DNA of 64,000 nucleotides from a virus: positions 1-64,000 of IMG/VR virus record IMGVR_UViG_3300042560_001229. One strand, given 5' to 3'. The notes below the pieces were generated by a model. It worked only from the letters and a program-made list of their open reading frames with translations, was not told the DNA's origin and searched no databases. Both the position numbers and the translations under genes were made by a program. Below are positions 1-9,323 of the stretch, piece by piece (the stretch's first letter is position 1; each line of letters begins with the position of its first letter).

Positions 1-82
1 AATCTCTCTAACTGGCTCGAAAGCCAAGCGGCCAACTTTCACGAAGGCCGTCCCACCCTCTAAAATCCTACCCATCGAAATT

Positions 83-277
83 ATGAAAAAGACCCACACA
101 ACCTACGTCGGAACCTTTGTAAAAGTCAGCGGAGAGTTCCGCACCATGCGCTTCGCCACCAGCCCCGAGAAAATCCAGAAAGGCGGAATGGCTTGCGTAT
201 GGGACGTTGAGAAGAAGGCGTTGCGCCGGTTCAACTTCTCCACCCTCGTCGGCCAACTCGTCAAAGTGGTGGCCTAG
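83..277 (+). CDS. small hypothetical protein
   Basis: 64-aa ORF with TTATG start typical of this genome. Confidence 0.6.
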   Translation: MKKTHTTYVGTFVKVSGEFRTMRFATSPEKIQKGGMACVWDVEKKALRRFNFSTLVGQLVKVVA

Positions 278-282
278 AAATT

Positions 283-297
283 CTGCAACAGTTGCAA
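283..297. repeat. First copy of a dispersed 15-bp palindrome TTG(C/A)AAC(A/T)GTTGCAA (about 29 copies)
   Basis: Copies start at 283, 2063, 2919, 5509, 7430, 8561, 11550 (degenerate), 11644, 13031, 15055, 18455, 20081, 22040, 25041, 26743, 29015, 32763, 33706, 40250, 42198, 44618, 51297, 52542, 53958, 55943, 59844, 62390, 63351, 63992 (truncated). Confidence 0.97.
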
Positions 298-306
298 ACT
301 TTCTTT

Positions 307-342
307 TTGACAACGAATCACTCCTGTAAGAAGCTGCCTTAT
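307..342 (+). promoter_or_regulatory. Conserved phage promoter (TTGACA-ACGAATC..17 bp..GAAGCT), leaderless
   Basis: -35 at 307, -10 at 330-335, ATG at 343; palindrome 9 bp upstream. Confidence 0.85.
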
Positions 343-615
343 ATGAAATCCATCAAAATCCAAGACCGAGTAAAAGTGTGCGGGGAGAATGGAAGCTACC
401 GCGTGCAGAAGATCGAAGGCCGGAGCATCCAAGGGGTGCGGGTGTTCGAGGACGGCACCACCGGGAAGACGATCAAGTTTGACCGGCTGGATGTGAGTGA
501 GAACTACGCCCGCACGGAATCGAAGGATGACGGCAAGATGCCAGCGGTGTTAAGCCGCGACAGCCAACGGTTCGAGGCGCGGATGCTTAGGAAGCAAGCC
601 AAGGCCACCCGCTGA
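343..615 (+). CDS. hypothetical early protein (MKSI start)
   Basis: In-frame ATG just downstream of the promoter. Confidence 0.75.
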   Translation: MKSIKIQDRVKVCGENGSYRVQKIEGRSIQGVRVFEDGTTGKTIKFDRLDVSENYARTESKDDGKMPAVLSRDSQRFEARMLRKQAKATR

Positions 616-618
616 CTT

Positions 619-843
619 ATGACGATCAAGAATCAAACCGAATACCGGGTCGCCCTAGCGCGGCTGAGTCTCCTGATTGAACGTCACCCCGACCCACGCT
701 CCAAGGAAGGCAAGGAACTGCGGACGCTGACCGAAGCCTGTCACACCTACTCCACCTACCGTTCGGTGGGTTGCCTCGAACTGCTGACCACCCTCTATAC
801 CGGCCTCCGACCGGGCACCATGTATGCCTCCCCGAATCGCTGA
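619..843 (+). CDS. HigA antitoxin N-terminal-like small protein
   Basis: IKNQTEYRVALARLSLL..PDPRSKEGKELRTL resembles the HigA N-terminal helices; no HTH. Confidence 0.45.
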   Translation: MTIKNQTEYRVALARLSLLIERHPDPRSKEGKELRTLTEACHTYSTYRSVGCLELLTTLYTGLRPGTMYASPNR

Positions 844-846
844 CTT

Positions 847-1293
847 ATGAAGCTGAATGACCGAAACGATCTGAGAACGCTCCGCGTGGAGCTTGAAACC
901 GCCCTGCTGGATGTCCTGTCCAAGTATGACATGAGCGTGAAGCTGGGAGGCATGAAATACAGCGGCACCGGCACGGAGATGTCCGTGAAGCTGACCGTGG
1001 TGAAAGGGAACGCCGAAAAGTTCGCCAAGGCTGAGTTTGAGCGGGGCTGCGAAATGCACGCCTACCGCTTTCCGTGGTTGAAGCCCGAGCACTACCTGCT
1101 GCGTTTCTTCGAGCGCGGACACGAATATGTGTTGACTGGCGTAGGCGGCAGAGGACGATGCCCCTTTCATGTGAAACAGCTATCCAACGACAAAGGCTAC
1201 CGGGTGCCCGAATCGTGGGTGAAACGCGCTGTGGAGGCCATCCCTCCCACCATCGGACAGGACTTCCGCCCACGCCGCAAGTTGGAGCTATGA
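847..1293 (+). CDS. hypothetical protein, C-terminal RPRRKLEL tag
   Basis: 148-aa ORF, TGACTTATG junction. Confidence 0.8.
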   Translation: MKLNDRNDLRTLRVELETALLDVLSKYDMSVKLGGMKYSGTGTEMSVKLTVVKGNAEKFAKAEFERGCEMHAYRFPWLKPEHYLLRFFERGHEYVLTGVGGRGRCPFHVKQLSNDKGYRVPESWVKRAVEAIPPTIGQDFRPRRKLEL

Positions 1294-1985
1294 GCTTTCC
1301 CCACCAGAAACGACTCCGCAGGCGCGGCGCATTTGGCCCCAGCGAGTATGAGCAGCGCACCGCAACCAAAGGCACCAGTGCCTTGGCGAAACGACCGTGG
1401 TGCGACATGGGCGACTTTGTCCACTCCTTCCTACGGCGCGACGAACTGATAACACAGTTCGGTTTTGCCATCCCGAACGAGGAGGCGATCACCGCCCTTG
1501 CCCACTGCCCGCAGCCTATCGTGGAGGTAGGGGCAGGGTTGGCTTATTGGGCGTATCTGGTGAAGGAGCGGTATGGGGTGCATGTGGACTGCTACGATCT
1601 GGACATCCCGCCAACGAGCGCCAAGCATGGGACGAACGGCGGCGAGCGGCACGGCTACCACTTTGACCGGGAACCGTGGCATCCGGTGAAGGGTGGCACA
1701 CCGGAGTCCATCGGACGCAAGGAGTATCAGACGTTGCTGCTGATCTGGCCGGACTACTGTTCCCCTATGGCTCTGCAATGCCTGATGAAGTTCACCGGCA
1801 GCACGGTCGTCTATGTTGGTGAGGGAGACGGCGGCTGCACCGGAGACAACGCCTTCCACGAGGCACTGGAGAAGGAGTGGACTGCACTTGGCTACATCGA
1901 ACATCCGCAGTGGAGTGGGCTGAACGATTACATGACCATCTACCGGCGTTTGAGCGCAGACCCCACCCAACCCCTTCCCTCCTGA
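1290..1985 (+). CDS. class I SAM-dependent methyltransferase-like protein
   Basis: IVEVGAGLAYW motif I, LLLIWP, VVYVGE..GGCTG; ATGA overlap. Confidence 0.65.
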   Translation: MSFPHQKRLRRRGAFGPSEYEQRTATKGTSALAKRPWCDMGDFVHSFLRRDELITQFGFAIPNEEAITALAHCPQPIVEVGAGLAYWAYLVKERYGVHVDCYDLDIPPTSAKHGTNGGERHGYHFDREPWHPVKGGTPESIGRKEYQTLLLIWPDYCSPMALQCLMKFTGSTVVYVGEGDGGCTGDNAFHEALEKEWTALGYIEHPQWSGLNDYMTIYRRLSADPTQPLPS

Positions 1986-1992
1986 CGGCCAG

Positions 1993-2017
1993 CGATTCCT
2001 ACGCGATTCTCAGCGCA
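1993..2017 (+). repeat. Second repeat family CGATTCCTACGC(G/C)AT(T/C)CTCAGCGCA
   Basis: 23/25 match at 61824-61848; related copies at 21957-21981 and 27324-27339. Confidence 0.75.
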
Positions 2018-2085
2018 TCTGTGGCCTGCCTTTCCACCTTAAAAATCGGCCCCCAAACTATTTTGCAACAGTTGCAAAATAATCG

Positions 2086-2122
2086 TTGACGATGAATCGG
2101 TTTTGAGCCAAGGTTGACCTAT
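2086..2122 (+). promoter_or_regulatory. Conserved promoter with upstream palindrome
   Basis: TTGACG-ATGAATC, 17 bp, CAAGGT; ATG 2123. Confidence 0.85.
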
Positions 2123-2470
2123 ATGAAATCCACAAGTATCACCAAGAAAGCAGCCCTCGCCTTCATCCGCGAGAAGCTGTCCACGAACGATCAATGGGCC
2201 GTGCGCGGCCTCAAGGTTGTCTATGCCCGCCAGACGGAAAGCGAGAAGATGACCGAAGCCACGAAGGAGGACAACGGGGTTGGCTTCTCCGGTCTGGACG
2301 CGCAGTTCCTTACGTCCCTCGCCAAGCAGCACGAGGCACGCGGCTCCCTCAGTCCGAAGCAGATGGTCTGGCTGCGGAAGAAAATCTCGAAGTATGCCGC
2401 GCAGGTGCTCTCCGTGACGAACATGGAGAAGCTCGCCGCCCTGATGAACCCTCCTACCCCAGCCTCCTGA
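2123..2470 (+). CDS. conserved phage hypothetical protein (MKST start)
   Basis: NGVGFSGLDAQFLTSLAKQ..LSPKQ motif familiar from phage early genes. Confidence 0.8.
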   Translation: MKSTSITKKAALAFIREKLSTNDQWAVRGLKVVYARQTESEKMTEATKEDNGVGFSGLDAQFLTSLAKQHEARGSLSPKQMVWLRKKISKYAAQVLSVTNMEKLAALMNPPTPAS

Positions 2471-2473
2471 CTT

Positions 2474-2731
2474 ATGCTCGCCACTCAGAAATTTGAAATC
2501 ACTGAGCAGCAGGTGATGCAGGGTAGCGGACGGCCTGTGCAGTTCACAGCCGAAGCCAGCGACCTTGGACTGAAACCCGGCCAGTGGCCAACTGAACTGA
2601 CGATGAAGCGCGATGACGGAACTACCACCGAGTTCACCTTTGTTCGCCGAATCGAGCATGACGGTGATCTGGTTGCTGTGGTCTATGCCAGCCTTGGCCG
2701 CTGCGAGTTGCTGAACATTCAGAACGACTAA
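2474..2731 (+). CDS. hypothetical protein
   Basis: 85-aa ORF, TGACTTATG junction. Confidence 0.7.
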   Translation: MLATQKFEITEQQVMQGSGRPVQFTAEASDLGLKPGQWPTELTMKRDDGTTTEFTFVRRIEHDGDLVAVVYASLGRCELLNIQND

Positions 2732-2813
2732 TCCGACTTATGCGAAAATCCAGTTTTGACAGTTTTGCCTTCGTGAAGGTATCTACACCGAGCGTGCGAG
2801 GGGTATCTACACC

Positions 2814-3293
2814 ATGAGTCCGTTGGTGCGTGCAGCGTTTCCACCTTTCGCGCCCGGCGAAGCGGAGGCCAAGGCACAGGAGCTTTCGACCATGACGGGC
2901 TTCCCCTACGAGGAAGTTTTGCAACAGTTGCAACGTGTCCGCACCGAGGAAGTCTGGATGAACGAGACGTATCAGGTGAACGTGCGTAGGGGAGACGTTG
3001 GCGATCTGGTGCATCTCTCCATCAAGCGCAGGGACAAGCAGCCCGTCACTGACTGGCGCGACAAGCAGGCCATGAAGAACCAGCTTGTTGGGCCGGAGTG
3101 TGAGGGGATCGAGTTGTATCCTGCCGAGAGTCGCCTCGTTGACGGGGCCAATCAGTATCATCTGTGGTGCAGCAGTGACCCGGCTTTCCGCTTCCCGGTG
3201 GGCTGGGACACGCGCCACGTTTCGGACGGTTCCGGTGGCGGCGCGGTGCAGCGTCCTCGAAACATTCCGGTTGACCATGAATCCGTCCTGTGA
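2814..3293 (+). CDS. DUF7694-like phage protein
   Basis: HLSIKRRD..DWRDKQAMKN..GIELYPAESRLVD..YHLW. Confidence 0.7.
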   Translation: MSPLVRAAFPPFAPGEAEAKAQELSTMTGFPYEEVLQQLQRVRTEEVWMNETYQVNVRRGDVGDLVHLSIKRRDKQPVTDWRDKQAMKNQLVGPECEGIELYPAESRLVDGANQYHLWCSSDPAFRFPVGWDTRHVSDGSGGGAVQRPRNIPVDHESVL

Positions 3294-3307
3294 GAAGTTG
3301 CTGCCTT
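3271..3307 (+). promoter_or_regulatory. Conserved promoter (no palindrome)
   Basis: TTGACC-ATGAATC, 17 bp, GAAGTT; ATG 3308. Confidence 0.8.
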
Positions 3308-3829
3308 ATGAAATCCACCATCGAACTCGTTGAGCAAGCCCGAGAAATCTTCCGCCGTGTCTATGAGCCGCGAGGAATGCCCGCTGAGGCCGGATGCCTG
3401 CTCTGGTCTTGCGCCGTCCTCCACACCTTACACCAGCATGGGGTGAACGGGGTGTTGCAGGCAGGCACGACGAACTGGCCGCTCCTTCCCCGGCATCTGG
3501 ATGACGGCGTTTCGGCCACGCACTTTGGTTACGTGTTCGAGGCCGAAGTCGCCAAGGTGCGGTTCGCGCAAGGCTTGCTGCCCGAAGTCCATGTGTGGGT
3601 TGTTGTCCCCGAGACTGAGACGCTCATTGACATGACCACCGGCTTCCAGCCCGCGCAGTGCCGGAAGATGATCGGCAAGGAGTTCCATCCCGAGTCGGTG
3701 CCGCCTCCCTACTTTTGGGACAAGTTTGATCGCCTCCCCGATTGGTGGCGTTACAAGGCTGACCCGGTGGCCATCGCCATGATGCACGCCTTCGTCGTTG
3801 AGTATCACGAAATGGAGGTAGCCCGATGA
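3308..3829 (+). CDS. hypothetical protein, possible transglutaminase-like C/H/D triad
   Basis: GCLLWS, HVWVV, IDMT..Q; MKST start. Confidence 0.6.
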   Translation: MKSTIELVEQAREIFRRVYEPRGMPAEAGCLLWSCAVLHTLHQHGVNGVLQAGTTNWPLLPRHLDDGVSATHFGYVFEAEVAKVRFAQGLLPEVHVWVVVPETETLIDMTTGFQPAQCRKMIGKEFHPESVPPPYFWDKFDRLPDWWRYKADPVAIAMMHAFVVEYHEMEVAR

Positions 3830-4560
3830 GTCTGCCCGCTGGAGTCGTCTTAAATCAGGAACCTTACCGTCGGGCGGTGCTGTTCTTTACCGAAGGCTCG
3901 CGTGACAAGTATTACCGCATGAGCATCATGGAGGGCAGGCACCTTGCCACGCAGCGGATGTATCTGGTGGCCGACTACGGCAGGCGTGTCGGATACCTTG
4001 GCAACTATGTGAACTCCAGCCGTGCCCACCTTTACGGTGAGGGGCCGGTGAGTTTCTCCACCCGAGACAGGCTGACCGCCGAGGGTCTGACCCGGCTGGA
4101 GGCCAAGTTCGTCAAGGGTTACACCGAAAAGAGTCACGGCTGGCCGAACACCGGAACGTGGCACTTCATCCGCGCTGAGTTCGAGCGAGCGTTGAAGATG
4201 GTGGTTGCCACTGTCCCCGGCACCACGACGACAGGCCGCACTTATCCACCGTGGAGGTTGCCTGAGATTGTCGGTGGTCAGTGGCACCGGGACGACTTCA
4301 CCGAGGAGATGCTGGCGGGCGGTTACAGGCCGCTGCTGTTGGGCGAGAAAGACACCGCCGAAGACGAATACCTTACAGGGGATTCAGGATGGGCGAGGCT
4401 TGGCGGTCTTGCCTCTGGCAATGTCGAGGCATACTGGACTCGCCGCCGCACCAAGAGGCCGCTGCCTTATGGTGTGACGTTCGTTGGTGAAGCGGTGCTA
4501 CCGGGGTTTCGTGAAATGCCCCTCCTACCAGCGAAGCGCAGGAGACTTTTGGAATTATGA
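3826..4560 (+). CDS. WGR-like domain + GYRLL-type domain protein, C-terminal KRRRLLEL tag
   Basis: FTEGSRDKYY..YGRR..KFVKGY; GGYRPLLLGE. Confidence 0.65.
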   Translation: MSLPAGVVLNQEPYRRAVLFFTEGSRDKYYRMSIMEGRHLATQRMYLVADYGRRVGYLGNYVNSSRAHLYGEGPVSFSTRDRLTAEGLTRLEAKFVKGYTEKSHGWPNTGTWHFIRAEFERALKMVVATVPGTTTTGRTYPPWRLPEIVGGQWHRDDFTEEMLAGGYRPLLLGEKDTAEDEYLTGDSGWARLGGLASGNVEAYWTRRRTKRPLPYGVTFVGEAVLPGFREMPLLPAKRRRLLEL

Positions 4561-4940
4561 GCAAGTTACGATTATTGACGAAGAAGGAGAATGGGGTGAT
4601 TGACTCCGGTGTGCTGCTGCGGGATTTGCTGCCAGTCACCATCGGTGACTTTACCATGAACAGTTTTGTGGTGGAATGTGTGATGTGCCACGAAGTCATT
4701 TCCGAAGATCGGGTGCTGGGTGACATCACACACTTTGGCACCAGCGTTGCTGTGGTGAATGCCGTGGCTCACTGTCCCGAGTGCATGATGCTGACCAGCC
4801 TGATGCGGAGAATCCGATGTGATGAGCGTGGCGCAAGGATGGAGTGGCAAGGTGAGGACGGGGTATGGTTTGTGGCTGAGTTACCCGTGCCTCGTATGAC
4901 CAAGATCAGGAATTGGCTTACCCGTCTGTTCTGGCGATGA
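4557..4940 (+). CDS. zinc-ribbon hypothetical protein
   Basis: CVMC and CPEC; ATGA overlaps. Confidence 0.65.
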   Translation: MSKLRLLTKKENGVIDSGVLLRDLLPVTIGDFTMNSFVVECVMCHEVISEDRVLGDITHFGTSVAVVNAVAHCPECMMLTSLMRRIRCDERGARMEWQGEDGVWFVAELPVPRMTKIRNWLTRLFWR

Positions 4941-5416
4941 GTGAGATTGTCGTGTTCACCGATGGGTCATGTTTTCCAAATCCCGGTGGCCCCGGTGGGT
5001 GGTCGTTTGTTGCCCGCCACGCTGGAGCCGTTAGGGAGCGTTACGGGCATCTGCCCTCCACCACCAATAACGAGGCCGAGTTGACCGCCATCCATCGCGC
5101 CCTGCTGTTTGTGCAGGGGTCACTGCACCCGCTATCCATCACCACGGACAGTCAGTATTGTTACCGTGCCCTGACCGTCTGGCGTTACCAATGGGAGAAG
5201 GTGGGTTGGAAGAACTCGATAGGCAAGCCGGTGTCCAACAAGGAATTGATCTTGAAGATTGTTGAGTTGGTGGACTGGCATCGCACCTTCCGCACTCTGG
5301 ACTTCCGCTGGGTCAAGGGTCATGCCGGGAACCCATTGAACGAGTTGGCTGATGTGCTTGCTGGCCGCGCTCGCACGGAGAAGATTACGTCAGAGAAAGG
5401 TTGCACCGTCCCATGA
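4937..5416 (+). CDS. rnhA: ribonuclease HI
   Basis: FTDGSC..NPG.GGW, TNNEAEL, TDSQY, WVKGHAGNPLNELAD: all catalytic acidic residues present. Confidence 0.93.
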   Translation: MSEIVVFTDGSCFPNPGGPGGWSFVARHAGAVRERYGHLPSTTNNEAELTAIHRALLFVQGSLHPLSITTDSQYCYRALTVWRYQWEKVGWKNSIGKPVSNKELILKIVELVDWHRTFRTLDFRWVKGHAGNPLNELADVLAGRARTEKITSEKGCTVP

Positions 5417-5533
5417 ATGTGTTACATGGCGTTGTGCGACTTCTTGCTCGGTCTGCACGCATCTGGTGGGCGGGGTCATCCTCTGTTGGGGAGGGTGGCC
5501 CCGTCTTTTTGCAACTGTTGCAAAAACAAATGG

Positions 5534-5570
5534 TTGACCATGAATCAGTCACATGGTAACTTGGTGCCTT
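5534..5570 (+). promoter_or_regulatory. Conserved promoter with upstream palindrome
   Basis: TTGACC-ATGAATC, 17 bp, TAACTT; ATG 5571. Confidence 0.85.
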
Positions 5571-6014
5571 ATGGATAATCCACCCAAGCCGCACAAGCGA
5601 TGCTCGCAGTGCCCCTTCGCCCGCGCCACGCCCAAGACGTATCTGGATACGATGGGTGACAACTCGGAACGGTTTCCGGGGCAGGCCATCGGGCCGTTCC
5701 CCCTACCCTGCCACATGACCAAGCAGTTCGGCCACTGGAGGGAAGACCCTACGAATCAGACGCCTTGCGTCGGAGCCGCCGAGTATCGCACGAATTGCGG
5801 CTACACGCACCTTGCAGGCAAGCTGCCCATGCTGCCTGCCAATACGGAGGAAGTGTTTGCGTCCCCGGTGGAACTGATCGCCCATCATCGGGCGATTTCG
5901 CTGGAGGAGGCTGCTGAGTTCATTGCCCGCAAGCCTGTCCTCGCCATGCTGCGCGAGGAGATGAGCCGCTCTGGAGTTCAGTTCGTGGCCACTTTGAAAA
6001 AGGAGGACGCATGA
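5571..6014 (+). CDS. DUF6283-like Cys/His protein (paralog 1)
   Basis: CSQCPF..PCH..CVGA. Confidence 0.7.
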   Translation: MDNPPKPHKRCSQCPFARATPKTYLDTMGDNSERFPGQAIGPFPLPCHMTKQFGHWREDPTNQTPCVGAAEYRTNCGYTHLAGKLPMLPANTEEVFASPVELIAHHRAISLEEAAEFIARKPVLAMLREEMSRSGVQFVATLKKEDA

Positions 6015-6211
6015 CCAGCCTGACGATTACAATTACGAAAGCCAACCGTAGCAAGAGGACGGTGTATGGCTCCCAAGTGTCCGAGGGTGGGAAGAAGGTT
6101 ATGTCCGTGAGGCCGTTCTATTCCACCCCAAAGGAAGCAGAGGACTACGCTGTGCGGCGTGTCCGTATGGGATGGCCTGATGCTGAGATAACCGTGAAGG
6201 AGGGCGCATGA
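6011..6211 (+). CDS. small hypothetical protein
   Basis: ATGA overlaps both sides. Confidence 0.65.
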   Translation: MTSLTITITKANRSKRTVYGSQVSEGGKKVMSVRPFYSTPKEAEDYAVRRVRMGWPDAEITVKEGA

Positions 6212-6813
6212 ACTGGAAGGATGTGCCACTGCCGGAGAAGATGCTTGCGTTGCCCAAGGATGCGCGAGGGTTTTCTGTTCCCTTCATCGTTGCCTGTGAC
6301 GAGACGGGCAAGCCACAGTTCACGGTCAATGACCGGGCGAAAGTAATGCACGCCCTGACGAATGGACTGTGCGGCATTTGCGGTCAGGGGATACCCATGA
6401 ATGATGTCTGGCTGGTGGGTGGGCCGCAGAGTGCCTTCCACCCGCAAGGGGCTTACATTGACGGCCCGCTGCACGGAGACTGCGCCCGCTACGCCCTGCA
6501 AGTCTGCCCCTACTTGGCTGTGTCCAATGTGAAGTATCGCTCTGCGATTGACGCTGAACGCCTGTCGGGTCGGTTCAAGGATACGACGATTCTCATTGAC
6601 CCCACGGTTGACCCTGATCGCCCCAAGCTGTTTGCGCTGGTCAGGATTACAGGATTGAGCATGACGCCGAACGGCTACTTGGTTCCTGATCGTCCGTATC
6701 CAGATGCCGAGTATTGGAATGGCGGGCAGCGATTGGACGAGGCTGAGGCTCTGGAGGTTTTGGCTTCTCTCGGACTTACACCCTGCGTGGTGCGAAGGGG
6801 GGTCACACCATGA
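6208..6813 (+). CDS. conserved phage Cys-motif protein
   Basis: LPKDARGFSVPF, CGICG, GPLHGDCARYALQVCPYL. Confidence 0.75.
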   Translation: MNWKDVPLPEKMLALPKDARGFSVPFIVACDETGKPQFTVNDRAKVMHALTNGLCGICGQGIPMNDVWLVGGPQSAFHPQGAYIDGPLHGDCARYALQVCPYLAVSNVKYRSAIDAERLSGRFKDTTILIDPTVDPDRPKLFALVRITGLSMTPNGYLVPDRPYPDAEYWNGGQRLDEAEALEVLASLGLTPCVVRRGVTP

Positions 6814-7433
6814 GAGTCGGCCCCGAGCATCCCGTCACTGTCACTCAGGATGGCGTAACCCGCTCTTACATTCTGGATGACTGGCAGAGAACTGAAACTC
6901 GTGGTGGTGGATGGCCGACCATCAGCTTGACTCTGCGCGAAGTGCCGAATGCAACCGCTAACCCTCACCATGAAGGTGAAGGTGAATGCCGACCTATCGA
7001 ACCGGGTGCTGGCTACCGCTGGCTGCTTGTGTCGGAACTGGATAACGCCCCAGCCGGGACGGAGTATTACGACAGTGGCGGGGAGTGGACTGCGAACGGT
7101 GAGTGGCCGAATATCCGCTCCACGAATTTCTGGTATCGGGTGCCTCTCGCAACGGATTACTGGATTCCTTCATCGCCCAGCCCCGCGACGTGCCCGCCGC
7201 TGCCCGATGGCTATCGGTTGCCGTTGCTGTCGGAACCGGATGTGGTGACACGCAAAATGATGTGGTGGTCTTGCTCCAGCGAAGCATGGGAGCGTAGTGA
7301 TAGGTCAACACTAGGCGCTAGTTACCGTCATTACTCTACCATATGGCATTGCGTGCCCATCCTTCCCTGTGAGATGACTGCCCCCGCGCCGGAACTTCCG
7401 GCTCGACGGACGAGACGAAAACTGGAATTTTGA
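6810..7433 (+). CDS. protein with two GYRLL-type domains, C-terminal RRKLEF tag
   Basis: GAGYRWLLVSE and PDGYRLPLLSE. Confidence 0.75.
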   Translation: MRVGPEHPVTVTQDGVTRSYILDDWQRTETRGGGWPTISLTLREVPNATANPHHEGEGECRPIEPGAGYRWLLVSELDNAPAGTEYYDSGGEWTANGEWPNIRSTNFWYRVPLATDYWIPSSPSPATCPPLPDGYRLPLLSEPDVVTRKMMWWSCSSEAWERSDRSTLGASYRHYSTIWHCVPILPCEMTAPAPELPARRTRRKLEF

Positions 7434-7449
7434 AACTGTTGCAAACACC

Positions 7450-7800
7450 ATGAATCCAACGGCCATACATGCCATCCGTGAACTGCGAGCACTGGCCGCG
7501 CAACGTGCCAACACCGCAGCAAGCATCTTTCGCATCTTCCGAACCGTGTCGGTAGTGTTCGGCATCATCAGCGTCGTCTATCTGCATCTGATTATTCTGA
7601 TGCTTCCAAGTTGGTGGGCCTTCCCCTCTTTTCTGCTCTGGCTGTTCCTTTACCCCATCTGCCCCGGCCTGTGGGTGGAGGCGCGCATACGGCGGGACAA
7701 GTGGATGCGGATGCGGCAGGACTGTTTGGACGCAGCCACGGATATTGAGAAAGACTGGACACAGGACAACGAAGACCATGATTACGATTACAATGAGTGA
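7450..7800 (+). CDS. membrane protein
   Basis: Two hydrophobic segments. Confidence 0.65.
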   Translation: MNPTAIHAIRELRALAAQRANTAASIFRIFRTVSVVFGIISVVYLHLIILMLPSWWAFPSFLLWLFLYPICPGLWVEARIRRDKWMRMRQDCLDAATDIEKDWTQDNEDHDYDYNE

Positions 7801-8056
7801 ACCGATTTACATTCTGCGAAAAAGGGACTGTGCGCTGTTTGTGCCTTCCGCCAAGGATGGGAAGGCGACCCTGCCTTCGATGTTTGCCACCCGCGACAGT
7901 CACGGCAACTTCTACTTCCGCCAGATCGTCTGGCAACCCCGGCGCTGGTGGCAGCTTCGCGGACGCTGGGTGGAAAACGGGGAAACTTGGACAGTGGCCG
8001 ATGTGGACGGCTGGGAAGTCCTGATCGGTGAAGACCTGCGGAGGTTTGAACGATGA
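7793..8056 (+). CDS. hypothetical protein
   Basis: Overlapping-junction ORF. Confidence 0.6.
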   Translation: MSEPIYILRKRDCALFVPSAKDGKATLPSMFATRDSHGNFYFRQIVWQPRRWWQLRGRWVENGETWTVADVDGWEVLIGEDLRRFER

Positions 8057-8367
8057 CTGAGCACGGAGCCTGCATTCGCTGCCACCGCCCCGCCGTGTGG
8101 GTCTGCTACCATCGCAAGGACACCAAGACAGTGGTGGCCCGCCTGTGTCACGGGCACCGGCAATTCGCGCCCAAGAGAACGACGATGGAGAAACTGACTC
8201 CACTCCCACCCGAACCCGATCTGGAGGAGCGTCCCACGCCCGAGGAAATCGTCCATCAGGAAATCGAGCGATGCTTGGCGGAAATAAACGCCAATCGTCT
8301 CCCACCCATCCAACCCCAAGCCCCTCGTCCTCCGACGAATCCACCAGCCTCCTATGAGCAACACTGA
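8053..8367 (+). CDS. hypothetical Cys/His, Pro-rich protein
   Basis: ATGA overlap; CIRC..C..CHGH. Confidence 0.55.
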   Translation: MTEHGACIRCHRPAVWVCYHRKDTKTVVARLCHGHRQFAPKRTTMEKLTPLPPEPDLEERPTPEEIVHQEIERCLAEINANRLPPIQPQAPRPPTNPPASYEQH

Positions 8368-8554
8368 CCAGCTTCACGATGAATCACCCATGCCGTTTGG
8401 CAAGTATAAGGGAACCCCTATGCAGGATGTGCCCGCCTCCTACCTTCACTGGCTGTGGACGAATGGGGTGAAAAGCGAGAACAGTCCGGTGGCCAATTAC
8501 ATCCGCAATAACATTGTCTCGCTGCAACAGGAACACCCTGACGGCATCTGGTGA
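8354..8554 (+). CDS. DUF3820/ExoX C-terminal-like small protein
   Basis: MPFGKYKGTPMQDVPASYLHWL signature. Confidence 0.8.
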   Translation: MSNTDQLHDESPMPFGKYKGTPMQDVPASYLHWLWTNGVKSENSPVANYIRNNIVSLQQEHPDGIW

Positions 8555-8585
8555 GCCGGTTTGCAACTGTTGCAAAATTCTCTGT

Positions 8586-8620
8586 TTGACCACGAAACGG
8601 TTCTAAGCCAAGCTCCCGAC
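8586..8620 (+). promoter_or_regulatory. Conserved promoter with upstream palindrome
   Basis: TTGACC-ACGAAAC, 17 bp, CAAGCT; ATG 8621. Confidence 0.8.
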
Positions 8621-8830
8621 ATGCACTGCCAGCACTGCCAACGAGACATGACCATTTGCATCTGCGACGATGCCGACGCCCGCCTTGAGAATCTGGCGAA
8701 ATGCCCCAACCTCGACCCTGCGTGGATTGCCCGCATTCAAGCCCAGCGGTTCTTGGGCAGATTTCAGATCGCGGCTGACCGCGAGAGGGCCAAAGCCGAA
8801 ACCCAAAAGATCGAACCTCCGAAACCATGA
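8621..8830 (+). CDS. small Cys-rich hypothetical protein
   Basis: CQHC..CIC. Confidence 0.65.
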   Translation: MHCQHCQRDMTICICDDADARLENLAKCPNLDPAWIARIQAQRFLGRFQIAADRERAKAETQKIEPPKP

Positions 8831-8960
8831 AAGGCCCGATACTGAAAGCGGCACTGATCGCCGCAGCCGTCACCACCCTTATATGGGGCTTGGCTATTGC
8901 AGTCGCCCTTTTGCTGGCGTGCAGATGCACCCCTGACCCTTGGCCCTGAACCACGAAACT

Positions 8961-9320
8961 ATGAGCACACCCTACCTAGACAACGAGCAGGAATTTCCTG
9001 ACCGCCTCAACGAGATGCGCGACATCATTCACCAATGGGCCAAGGACAAGGGCTGGTGGGACAAACCGAGGAACAAGTTCGAGTTGATCGCGCTGATGCA
9101 CTCCGAGTTGAGCGAGGCGGTGGAGTATCTCCGAAAGAAGGAGCATCCCGCGATGGATGACAAGGTGCCCGAGTTGACCGGAGAGGCGGCAGAGATGGCC
9201 GACACGATCATCCGCATCCTCGATTACTGCGGTGCCTACGGCATTGACATCGGCAACGCCATCCGGCTGAAACACGCCTTCAACCAAAGCCGCCCCTATC
9301 GGCACGGAAAACTCGCCTGA
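8961..9320 (+). CDS. MazG-like NTP pyrophosphohydrolase
   Basis: IALMHSELSEAVE..EMADTIIRILD, N.SRPYRHGK. Confidence 0.88.
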   Translation: MSTPYLDNEQEFPDRLNEMRDIIHQWAKDKGWWDKPRNKFELIALMHSELSEAVEYLRKKEHPAMDDKVPELTGEAAEMADTIIRILDYCGAYGIDIGNAIRLKHAFNQSRPYRHGKLA

Positions 9321-9323
9321 TTT

